In this document: one piece after another, positions 56,230-64,000 of the stretch
Layout of the letters: every line of letters starts with the position of its first letter
Position numbering within the stretch: position 1 is the first letter of the stretch
Source: a virus
Direction: 5' to 3' (one strand)
Virus record (IMG/VR): IMGVR_UViG_3300034684_000292
Span: 6,848 to 70,847 of that record
DNA length: 64,000 bases
Notes under the pieces: model-generated
Database searches by the model: none
What the model saw: the letters and a program-made list of their open reading frames with translations, nothing else
Told to the model about the DNA's origin: nothing
Made by a program: the position numbers and the translations under genes

Positions 56230-57050
56230 TTCTTATTCCGTCCATAAATAATTTATATTTCCGCATTATTTATATTCTTATTTACTCTTATATATTTCCG
56301 CAATTAGTTTATCCCGCAATTTTATGTTTTATATTCCCATATATCTATATCTCCGATAACAATAATATAGTTTATAATTATTCCCGCATTATCTAATCTG
56401 TCTTATTACTCTGTTTATGGTTATTAATTTATTATTTATCCCCGCCAATCTAATCTTTTCCTATATTTCCGTTATTTAATATTCGTGATTACTTATTCTC
56501 ATGGTTATATCTATGTAATATTACTTGTAATATTCTCTCATATATTAATCTCCGCAAATATATTCTTATATGTATTCTTATATGTATATATCTCCGTAGT
56601 TATATTCTTATATAGTGCGCCTTATTATAATAACTATTTCCGCAATTAATTATTCTATGTATATATATATATATATATTCCCGCATTTAATTAATTCCCC
56701 GCAGTTATATTTCCGTAATTAAATATTTCCGCAAATATTTCCATAGTTATATGCGCCCATATAGTAATATTCTTATTAAATTACTTAATTGCGCTTATTA
56801 GTTATTCTTATTAGTTATTCTATATAAATCTGAGCAATTATAATTCTAATTCTGTGTAATTCTAATTATAATTTTGCGCAATTAATTCCGTAAAATAATT
56901 CCGTAATTAGATAATTCTGTAATTAAATTCCGTGTAATAAATTCTGTATATATAACTATATAAATCCGTGTAATTAATATTCCAATTAAATGCGCAATTA
57001 ATATCCTAACTAATTCCGCACAATAATATTCTATGTAATTAAATGCGCCA
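56230..57050. repeat. oriented degenerate array of T(C)2-4G(C/T) cores in very AT-rich spacers
   Basis: about 20 TTCCGY/TCCCGC cores and six TGCGC by eye; (TA)9 run at 56660-56678. Confidence 0.7.
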
Positions 57051-57656
57051 AAATAACTAAATTCTTATTTAAACAATAAATAAAATAATCTGTAAATTCG
57101 CCGGTAAATTAGTTATTCCATTAAATATAACACATCTATAAGCCGCATGTATAGTAGATTCCATAACAGTATAGATATAGCCGTTATCCTAACTGTATCT
57201 GTAATTATTCTATCTATTCTTACCTATCTATTTATTCTTATCTATCCGGCTTAGGTAAGTCTGAGGATGTACAAGTCTTATTGGTGAATATGTATATTAG
57301 TCTTTATATAGTATGTTAGTTATATTAGTACTTACTACTATATTAATATTAATATATTACTCCCACGAATTGTTTCTATTTATACTTCCGCATGTATTTC
57401 CCGCAATTGTTACCTCTTTTTATTTACTTGTTTACTTATTCTCATACAACCGCCTGTTTTATTATTGTTGAATAGGTTGTACAAGTAAACCTATATACTC
57501 CGTATTACTGTTTATTCCTTTACTATAAATGCTTTTCCCGCAATTTGGGATATTACTCCCGCTTTTAGTGTGTTTTTGGCTCTCAAAATAATCAATTTTA
57601 TAGGTTTCTATTACATTCCCACAATATTCCCGTAATATTATTACCCGTTTTGGCAC

Positions 57657-57693
57657 AAAAATAGGGAGAACCTCTTCACAGAGACCCTCCCCC
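57657..57693 (-). terminator. intrinsic terminator closing the right-hand gene block
   Basis: GGGAGGGTCTCT-GTGA-AGAGGTTCTCCC, GNRA loop, then TATTTTT. Confidence 0.8.
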
Positions 57694-57746
57694 ACTCTTT
57701 TAATATTCACTCTTGTGTAACCTGCGTAAGGTATCGCAGATTTTCC

Positions 57747-58253
57747 TTAATATACTTGCGTATTTATTCTTAATAATTCGTTTTCTGGCACTATTGTGGC
57801 CACTTTATTTCCCTCAAAATATACATAACACATCTTTTCCGAAAAAGAAGATACTTTCTTACTGTTTACGTATCTTATAAACCTACCGTCTTTGTATGAA
57901 ACTCTGTTAGATGATGTAAGTTTTACTATTCTCCTTACTTTATCTCCCATTTTTAGTGGCTCCATAACAGGAATCATTCCGTTTTTCTTGTTCTTTTCGT
58001 TTATGAGTGTTTGCATGTTCAATGTATCACAGTCCAAACCATACAATACGGAAATTTGAGTAAGTATGCTTTGAAATTCCGAAAGCGCATTTACAAGTTC
58101 CTTCTTTGTACTTACGGTTTTTCTGTTTGAATATTCCGCATACGCACTTCTGAACATTTTATGTTTTTCGTTCAGTGCCGCTACCATTTTATCCATATCA
58201 TCTCCATAGGATATGGTAAGATATTCCGAGATTAATCTTTCTACGTTTGTCAT
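57747..58253 (-). CDS. hypothetical protein
   Basis: 168-aa ORF. Confidence 0.65.
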   Translation of the reverse strand: MTNVERLISEYLTISYGDDMDKMVAALNEKHKMFRSAYAEYSNRKTVSTKKELVNALSEFQSILTQISVLYGLDCDTLNMQTLINEKNKKNGMIPVMEPLKMGDKVRRIVKLTSSNRVSYKDGRFIRYVNSKKVSSFSEKMCYVYFEGNKVATIVPENELLRINTQVY

Positions 58254-58255
58254 AC

Positions 58256-58816
58256 TTATTTATATTTCAATGTAAGCAAATCCTCATAGAAACCTTCCCA
58301 AGTATTGTAAATGTCTTCGGACATCGATACAAGTACCCGCTTATACTTTACGAAACCCTCATCAACTTCCTCAATAACCAAAAATGGGTATTTACTTCCT
58401 TTCTGAAACAGATACCTTATGTTGTTTTTGAGTATTGCACTCCTAAGTTTCTTTAATGAAGTCGCCTTCACTACAATTTCCTTGTTATTCTCATAGGAAG
58501 TAATTCCATAGAATTCACCTCCTTTCTTATGCCGTTTGGAATAGTCTTCCGAGTTTACTTCAAAAGTCAAACGGTCATAGAATAATTCTTCCTCAGATTT
58601 TCCCATATCCTTTATCATTCTTTTAGCGATGTATGTATTAATTCCGTAATAGTCTATGTGTACTTCATAGGGAATTCTTTTAAGGAGCTTCTTGGTATTA
58701 TCCCTGTTTATTTCGATAAGAACAAAGCTCCTGTATTTCCCCGTAAGAATATCAAATACTATACTCCATTTGAGTTTGAAAAGTTCCTTGTTCATTTCTT
58801 TTTTATTAAAGCCCAC
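58256..58816 (-). CDS. hypothetical protein
   Basis: 186-aa ORF. Confidence 0.6.
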   Translation of the reverse strand: MGFNKKEMNKELFKLKWSIVFDILTGKYRSFVLIEINRDNTKKLLKRIPYEVHIDYYGINTYIAKRMIKDMGKSEEELFYDRLTFEVNSEDYSKRHKKGGEFYGITSYENNKEIVVKATSLKKLRSAILKNNIRYLFQKGSKYPFLVIEEVDEGFVKYKRVLVSMSEDIYNTWEGFYEDLLTLKYK

Positions 58817-59049
58817 TTATAGTAAAGCGATAAATTTCCTGCGTCCAATATTTGTGAGGGTTTCAAATTCCCGATAGCTTGTAATTCAAATTCGGGCTTA
58901 TATACCCTCATGATAACATCACCCTTAACATAATCCGTATAAAATTCGCTCTCGGTGGTTTTTATCTTCCTGAATTTATACAGTATCAATATAAACACTC
59001 CCAAATTTAGTAACAAATTTGCAATTATAAGAACAATATCCGTTGTCAT
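58792..59049 (-). CDS. small membrane protein
   Basis: N-terminal TM. Confidence 0.6.
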   Translation of the reverse strand: MTTDIVLIIANLLLNLGVFILILYKFRKIKTTESEFYTDYVKGDVIMRVYKPEFELQAIGNLKPSQILDAGNLSLYYKWALIKKK

Positions 59050-59061
59050 TTTCCAAAAATT

Positions 59062-59322
59062 TTATACGTTCTCGATAAATACATGCCAAACATAATCTCC
59101 ATCCTGTACAGTTCCTACATACTGTAAGTTGTCCTCATGTATTGTAATTCCTGTACCATATATGTGAATATTCCTTTTTACTTTTGGCAATTCCTCATTT
59201 ACCATCGCCCACAAGCAAAGATTTCCACCCTGCATTTGAACAGATAGAATTTCCGAATCGATAGATAACTCTAAGCTCTGTTCTCTGTTAACGTCCAGAA
59301 TGTACTTATAAATTACTTTCAT
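59062..59322 (-). CDS. conserved small phage protein
   Basis: MKVIYKY...ILSVQ.Q...LWA...GTG...YVGTVQ...VWHVF pattern. Confidence 0.7.
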   Translation of the reverse strand: MKVIYKYILDVNREQSLELSIDSEILSVQMQGGNLCLWAMVNEELPKVKRNIHIYGTGITIHEDNLQYVGTVQDGDYVWHVFIENV

Positions 59323-59333
59323 ATTCCTAATAT

Positions 59334-59621
59334 TTAGATGGTTTTAAATTCCTCATATTTTTTCAATTCACTTTCAGTGGGATACCTAACCCTATCCGGG
59401 TCAAAATAAGCAACTTGTGATGGTGTTCCATCAATACTTACTGCCGAACCTACCATTGCAATGGCCATTCCTGTAAGCATGAGTATAACCTGAAACAATG
59501 TAACATCTCCATTGTCATCCTCAAATGCGAGAATGGTTCCATACTCAACATTCTTTGATACTAATGGAAACGCTTTTTTACCCCTACCTCTTTTACGTGT
59601 AATTGGTTGTTCCTCTTTCAT
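59334..59621 (-). CDS. hypothetical protein with AT-hook-like KRGRG
   Basis: ATGA-coupled ORF. Confidence 0.6.
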   Translation of the reverse strand: MKEEQPITRKRGRGKKAFPLVSKNVEYGTILAFEDDNGDVTLFQVILMLTGMAIAMVGSAVSIDGTPSQVAYFDPDRVRYPTESELKKYEEFKTI

Positions 59622-59881
59622 AGTGTTTCAATGTATTTATTCCACAATTCAAATAATTGTTTCCCTATATTTGCCGGCAATTGCAATATGTACTTCATTA
59701 CATTTGCCTTAGTCTCCTCAAAAGATTCTTCTTTGTTGTAGCCCCAATGAAAACTATCCGCTCCGCAATAAAAATGTGTTTTACTGTCAAATCGTATATT
59801 AAGATAATAAAAACTATTTTTAAAAACAAATTCCCTATTTGTTGCCAAATAAGGAATAAGCCACAAATCAATAAGATTCAT
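59618..59881 (-). CDS. hypothetical protein
   Basis: 87-aa ORF. Confidence 0.55.
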   Translation of the reverse strand: MNLIDLWLIPYLATNREFVFKNSFYYLNIRFDSKTHFYCGADSFHWGYNKEESFEETKANVMKYILQLPANIGKQLFELWNKYIETL

Positions 59882-59883
59882 AT

Positions 59884-60432
59884 TTACCTCAAATTCTTTT
59901 TAAGTTCAAGGTAAAAAGATAAACCAAATTCCCTAATCAAACTATCCTTAGAAAAATCCACAAGGAATATGTTTTCCTTTTTACCCTTTATGCGTGCAGG
60001 CTCACAAATCTCACCATAAAAATCTTCAACTTTCAATACAGGTCTTTTACCGCTTTCATCCAGAAACAAAGGATACAATCCGCAATGTCTCGGATAAGGA
60101 ACATCTGTTTGCATTTTCAGTACACAACCTCCCTTTTCCAAATGACAGTATATACATTTGCCCTTAGGTGTAATCGATATGTAATTTGTCTCAGGCTCAT
60201 TCTCATAATGATATACAGGCTCCACAGCATCATCTTTTGCATCATCTTCAACGAGTTCCCTCAGTTTATCCTTAAATTCGATAATACTGTCTGCTTCATC
60301 ATCCGTAACAAGTGCTCCTTCATACTCACCCGCCTTACCTCCATGACAACACCAACCTTTACACGCTAAATAATCACATGCAAATTTGGTAGTAAATACT
60401 TCTTCGGATATTTCTATACCCTGAATAATCAT
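59884..60432 (-). CDS. DUF3109/YkgJ-like Cys-cluster protein, candidate DpdM-like methyltransferase
   Basis: FACDYLACKGWCC, CIYC, GCVL, PRHCGLYP, ICEPA; ATGA-coupled to folE. Confidence 0.75.
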   Translation of the reverse strand: MIIQGIEISEEVFTTKFACDYLACKGWCCHGGKAGEYEGALVTDDEADSIIEFKDKLRELVEDDAKDDAVEPVYHYENEPETNYISITPKGKCIYCHLEKGGCVLKMQTDVPYPRHCGLYPLFLDESGKRPVLKVEDFYGEICEPARIKGKKENIFLVDFSKDSLIREFGLSFYLELKKNLR

Positions 60433-61094
60433 AACTTAATAAGTTGATAAAATTCGTTTCTTAAAGCACCCTCAAAGAATGCCCCACCGAGTTTAGACGT
60501 TATAGTATCGGAGTTCTCATCTTCAATACCTCTTGTCTTAACGCAAAAGTGGTCAGCTCTAATCATAACCGCCAAGTTTTCGGTGTCCAATATGTAGGAT
60601 AAAGCGCACCAAATTTGTTCGGACAGTCTTTCCTGTACTTGCGGTCTTCGAGAGAAATACTCCACAACTCTGTTTAATTTGGATAATCCAACAACCTTTC
60701 CGTTCGGTATATATGCAACGACCGCTTCTCCTACAATAGGTACAAAATGATGTTCACAAACAGAATGTACTTTAATCCCACGCTCGATAAGGAAGTTATC
60801 GTACTCCATCTTATTCTCGATAGTCATAATCTTTGGGAAGTTATTGTAATTTAACCCCCAGAATATTTCCTGAGTGTACATTTTGGCAATCCGTCTCGGA
60901 GTATGCGAAAGACTGTCATCGGATATGTCCATGTTAAGAGCTTCGAGTATTGACCTGAAACTGTTTTCTATGATTTCAAATGCACTTTCGTTAACTTCGG
61001 AAACTTTCATGGGAGTTTCCAATCCCCTTTCAACAAGTAATTCATGAATTTTTTGTCCAAGAACAGGGTCTGTCTTCGATTTGTCCAATGCCAT
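60429..61094 (-). CDS. folE: GTP cyclohydrolase I
   Basis: TPRRIAKMY, SVCEHHF, GLSKLNR, RRPQVQERL, HFCVKTRG. Confidence 0.96.
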   Translation of the reverse strand: MALDKSKTDPVLGQKIHELLVERGLETPMKVSEVNESAFEIIENSFRSILEALNMDISDDSLSHTPRRIAKMYTQEIFWGLNYNNFPKIMTIENKMEYDNFLIERGIKVHSVCEHHFVPIVGEAVVAYIPNGKVVGLSKLNRVVEYFSRRPQVQERLSEQIWCALSYILDTENLAVMIRADHFCVKTRGIEDENSDTITSKLGGAFFEGALRNEFYQLIKL

Positions 61095-61095
61095 A

Positions 61096-61398
61096 TTAAA
61101 GTGATTTTGTAATTTCCAGAAAACGGTTATAGTCTTCCTTAGACTTAAACATATCTGAACATTCCATAAGCACTTCGAGTAAATCCTTTTGACTAATATC
61201 TCTATCGGTCATTTGCTGACTTACAGAGAATAAATCCTTGCACGTCATACATATATCTCTGTCAATTCCTATCGAGTGGGTCTTGGTAGTATCGTAAAAA
61301 TACACAATTCTCTTACGCAATACTCCTACTGAACCTCTCGGAATCAGGTAATCTCCACCTGCACCTATGTAAATGTTCTCTTTTAACCGTATTTCCAT
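61096..61398 (-). CDS. hypothetical protein heading the folE operon
   Basis: 100-aa ORF. Confidence 0.65.
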   Translation of the reverse strand: MEIRLKENIYIGAGGDYLIPRGSVGVLRKRIVYFYDTTKTHSIGIDRDICMTCKDLFSVSQQMTDRDISQKDLLEVLMECSDMFKSKEDYNRFLEITKSL

Positions 61399-61402
61399 AC
61401 CA

Positions 61403-61410
61403 CAAATATA
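61403..61410 (-). promoter_or_regulatory. -7 element TATATTTG 4 nt before ATG (possible leaderless mRNA)
   Basis: TATATTTG-TGGT-ATG. Confidence 0.5.
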
Positions 61411-61448
61411 GCAATTATTCCATAAATACTAATTAAAAACGGAATATC

Positions 61449-61673
61449 TTAATCCAAATCACCCTCATTTTCCTCAGCATATTCATTGTTTACGATTAAA
61501 ACGGCATTCTCGAAGGTTAAACCCATATTCATAAGATTTCGCCTTCGTTGCCGTTTGTAAATGACACGTTTGGCAGCCATACTTCGTAACCCCAAATTCA
61601 TATCGGCTATGGTAACAAGTCTCCTTGTACTGTCAACTCCGAGTGTCTCTATGTACTCATTTAAGTCTCCCAT
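61449..61673 (-). CDS. hypothetical protein
   Basis: small ORF in operon. Confidence 0.55.
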   Translation of the reverse strand: MGDLNEYIETLGVDSTRRLVTIADMNLGLRSMAAKRVIYKRQRRRNLMNMGLTFENAVLIVNNEYAEENEGDLD

Positions 61674-61676
61674 AAC

Positions 61677-61880
61677 TCAATTAATAACAGGTTTTATGGT
61701 AACATCTCCCTCTTGCAGCATCATTCTTAAACGAATTTGTGATGCCATGTCCAATTTTGTACAATCAATATTGAACTCATCAATCCGACCTATAATTGTC
61801 ATAATTCTTTCGGTTGCAGATTCACAAGATTCCCTTCCTGTTTGTACGCCCAATAAGATTTCAAAGATACTTTCCTTCAT
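61677..61880 (-). CDS. hypothetical protein
   Basis: ATGA-coupled. Confidence 0.55.
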   Translation of the reverse strand: MKESIFEILLGVQTGRESCESATERIMTIIGRIDEFNIDCTKLDMASQIRLRMMLQEGDVTIKPVIN

Positions 61881-62185
61881 AGCTCATTATTTTTAAGAAC
61901 AATCATCTTCTTAGGTACATAGCAAAATTCAAAATGTTTGCATTGTCCTTTCCTATTTGACGATTCAAACAATCTACATCCTTCGCAATCTTCATACTTA
62001 TCTGTCTTTAAACAGAACTCCTTAGTGGCTCTACAAAAGAAATACTCGGACTTCAAATCCTTTTCAACCGTCCAAATAATAAGTTCTTTCAGTTTCTCCT
62101 TCCGCATTTTTGAAACGAAATAAGACTTCGGATATAGTATGGGGTCGTCTAAGTTATCGCTTGCATAAAGATTTTCTGTTTTCAT
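61877..62185 (-). CDS. Cys-rich hypothetical protein
   Basis: six Cys in the C-terminal half. Confidence 0.6.
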   Translation of the reverse strand: MKTENLYASDNLDDPILYPKSYFVSKMRKEKLKELIIWTVEKDLKSEYFFCRATKEFCLKTDKYEDCEGCRLFESSNRKGQCKHFEFCYVPKKMIVLKNNEL

Positions 62186-62189
62186 AGTC

Positions 62190-62450
62190 TTATTCTTTAC
62201 CTTCTATTTCAGGTAACTCCGGAATTTCAGCCCAATAATCGAAAGCATAATTATCATCAATATGACAATTAGCCATTATTTTACCCCTTCTTACATAAGG
62301 CTTGTCGTAGGCTACTGCCCACATCCAACCATCATAAATTAGCTCCCTAATTCCAAGACAGATAGTGTTATTCCTGGAGTTATACAACCAAACAAGTTGT
62401 CCTATCTCAGGGAGTCTCTCTTTTGTAGCAACGAAATTTTTCATAATCAT
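62190..62450 (-). CDS. DUF551-like protein
   Basis: ERLPE...V...YWAEIPELP. Confidence 0.65.
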   Translation of the reverse strand: MIMKNFVATKERLPEIGQLVWLYNSRNNTICLGIRELIYDGWMWAVAYDKPYVRRGKIMANCHIDDNYAFDYWAEIPELPEIEGKE

Positions 62451-62477
62451 AAAATTTTTAATTTGTTATTAATTAGT

Positions 62478-62690
62478 TTATTCTCCTCCGTTTGGACTGT
62501 AAGAAACCACATCCTGAACGGTTTTCTTTTTGCAGTTTGAACATTCAAAAGCTCTCGGATATTGAATGTAATCCTCCATTGCATCAACAAATTCCAAATA
62601 AGAAAATCTGTTTGCAGGTGAGAAATGCCATTTTGTTAAAGTGCCACATCTTCTGCACTTTGTTTCGTAATTGTAATTTTTGTCTTCCAT
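62478..62690 (-). CDS. zinc-ribbon protein
   Basis: CRRC...CSNC. Confidence 0.65.
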   Translation of the reverse strand: MEDKNYNYETKCRRCGTLTKWHFSPANRFSYLEFVDAMEDYIQYPRAFECSNCKKKTVQDVVSYSPNGGE

Positions 62691-62692
62691 AA

Positions 62693-62902
62693 CTACTTAC
62701 CTCCATGAGTATCCAAATATTTTTCGATTATTTTCTCGATAAGAGATTCGGTTTTTTCCAACACTTCCAAGCGTCCCATTCTTCTACCCGCCTCAGGTAC
62801 TGTACATTCTTCCTTGCATAAATCTCTTGCAATATTTACCCCATAAGCAGCTCTTCCTCTTAATTCAAATAGGTAATTGATAAATTCCTGATTAGATTCC
62901 AT
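62693..62902 (-). CDS. hypothetical protein
   Basis: small ORF. Confidence 0.55.
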   Translation of the reverse strand: MESNQEFINYLFELRGRAAYGVNIARDLCKEECTVPEAGRRMGRLEVLEKTESLIEKIIEKYLDTHGGK

Positions 62903-63151
62903 AGTTGTTATTCTTTAAATTGTTTTAATCCCTGAATCGTTTTTTACCATGATTGTTCCATCCTGATGCAATCATTAAAACGGCCCAAATAAACATGGCT
63001 ACTAAAAGTACAATTTTCCACTGTTTCCATAGTTGATAATGTTTTAATTTAACCTCATAGGGAGATTTTTTAAGTCTTTCCTCCTAACTTTTTACAGGTG
63101 TGGTCAACTCACCCGACTTGTTTCTCAGACAAGTACCTATAAGGTTAATAC

Positions 63152-63451
63152 CTACAATACTTTTACCTCAAAATAACGGAAACGAAATACGTCCGGAAGT
63201 TTGGTAGCTCCTTCCGGCAGACGTCCTCCTGTCAATTGAGCAACATACAACGTATCACCTTTGTTTAATGATACATTAATCCTGTTATACTGAACTCCTA
63301 ATAATAAAGCCGTATCGGAATGTCCTACGGCAGATATTACTTCCGGGTCAGTTACTAATTCCTCAAACTCATTTCCTGTAATCTCTCTTACAGAGACCAC
63401 TGAATCCCCATTCAACATTTGAAGGGAAAACGAATTGCTAATAATTTTCAT
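63152..63451 (-). CDS. STIV B116-like (DUF1874) protein
   Basis: NSFSLQML, SAVGHSDTA, NRINVSL, GRLPEG. Confidence 0.75.
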   Translation of the reverse strand: MKIISNSFSLQMLNGDSVVSVREITGNEFEELVTDPEVISAVGHSDTALLLGVQYNRINVSLNKGDTLYVAQLTGGRLPEGATKLPDVFRFRYFEVKVL

Positions 63452-63462
63452 TGTTTTCTGTT

Positions 63463-63765
63463 TTATTTGTTAACTTTGTCCAAAATATCTTTTGCTATTT
63501 TCTTTGCGATATCGACGAAAATAAATGCTTCATCAACAGAACTTGGATATGCTCCTTCATAGATATCTTGGAACGCTTTAATCATTTCTTTGCTTATATC
63601 AGCATTATTTCCTATTTCTTCATAGTAAATGATACCAATGAAGCCTTGTTGGAATAAAGCGTTTGGCTCCATCCCCTTCACATCTATCTGAAGGATATTT
63701 ATATCACTCCTATTCACGATTTCCTCAAACATTTGAGGTGTGTAAGCAATTTCTACTCTTTTCAT
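63463..63765 (-). CDS. hypothetical protein
   Basis: 100-aa ORF. Confidence 0.6.
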   Translation of the reverse strand: MKRVEIAYTPQMFEEIVNRSDINILQIDVKGMEPNALFQQGFIGIIYYEEIGNNADISKEMIKAFQDIYEGAYPSSVDEAFIFVDIAKKIAKDILDKVNK

Positions 63766-63933
63766 AATTGTTTATCTCTATTTAATTTATTATACAGAAA
63801 ATAGAACCCTCTCGTAAAACCCTGTTTGTAAGCCGTTAAAATTGAATTGTCGATTTTAGAATGATATCTGTTCTTCGCTTGCTGAGCCAGAAAAAGATTC
63901 AATAATTTTATTCTTTAACTCGGTAAGTTCCAT
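63762..63933 (-). pseudogene. small gene apparently split by a 1-nt frameshift in a T run
   Basis: ATG 63933 frame stops at 63856; the +1 frame continues to a TGA overlapping the next ATG. Confidence 0.4.
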
Positions 63934-64000
63934 CGCTTGTTTTGATTATTTGTAAATAGTTTAAGTAATCGGTTTCTGTAAATTCCTGATTGAATGAAAA

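Noticed and set aside
56230-57050. Possible CRISPR array, given the Cas4-like gene
   Set aside because: Repeat cores are only 5-7 bp with irregular low-complexity spacers; no cas1/cas2; solo Cas4-like nucleases are common in phages
57462-57710. 82-aa minus-strand ORF
   Set aside because: GTG start, runs through a strong terminator into the non-coding repeat region
62925-63030. Possible frameshifted small TM gene (WKIVLLVAMFIWAVLMIASGW)
   Set aside because: Two short competing frames; cannot decide without homologues
63058-63140. Short hairpins in an intergenic gap
   Set aside because: Stems are only 4-6 bp and match no RNA family I recognise
326-63657. All plus-strand ORFs in the track (e.g. 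21658-22242, 46064-46624, 49963-50598)
   Set aside because: They are antisense shadows of well-supported minus-strand genes, are S/F/L/I-rich and show no motifs
1-64000. Stop-codon recoding
   Set aside because: Core genes are full length in code 11 and end in TAA, TAG (recA) and TGA (polA)
1-64000. tRNA/rRNA genes, introns, inteins, QueF, endolysin
   Set aside because: None recognised by eye; polymerase, helicase and terminase are uninterrupted; QueF and lysin may lie outside the window

Overview
The window is 64 kb of a large, AT-rich, probably lytic myovirus-type phage genome, and essentially every real gene is on the minus strand. The host is probably a Bacteroidota: TTTG-N19/20-TAnnTTT(G/A) promoters, A-rich initiation regions without Shine-Dalgarno sequences, signal peptides cleaved before Gln, and a DUF3109 gene. 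Reading in transcription direction (right to left): (1) small accessory genes with folE and a DUF3109/DpdM-like gene; (2) a ~2.2 kb non-coding, repeat-rich region; (3) type IB topoisomerase, KTSC proteins and two paralogous basic proteins; (4) queD, terminase, portal, scaffold, capsid, neck, sheath, tube, chaperone (-1 frameshift), tape measure, baseplate and fibre; (5) SF2 helicase, replication genes (initiator-like, loader, DnaB, primase, SSB, Pol A, RecA), MoxR/VWA pair, Cas4-like nuclease and resolvases; (6) SpoVS-like gene, a 42-aa histone-tail-like peptide missed by the ORF track, then queC, dpdA-like, a Cys-rich partner gene and queE (truncated by the window edge). Best leads: a dispersed 7-deazaguanine DNA modification system with extra Cys-cluster proteins; a possible chromatin-like set (H3/H1-like peptide, SpoVS/Alba fold, acidic HeH-Tudor protein, TopoIB); a shared basic N-terminal tag on several proteins; a hydrophobic leader on the major capsid protein; an oriented CCG-core repeat array; and apparent GATC/CTAG avoidance. 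All family calls are motif recognition by eye, with no database searches.
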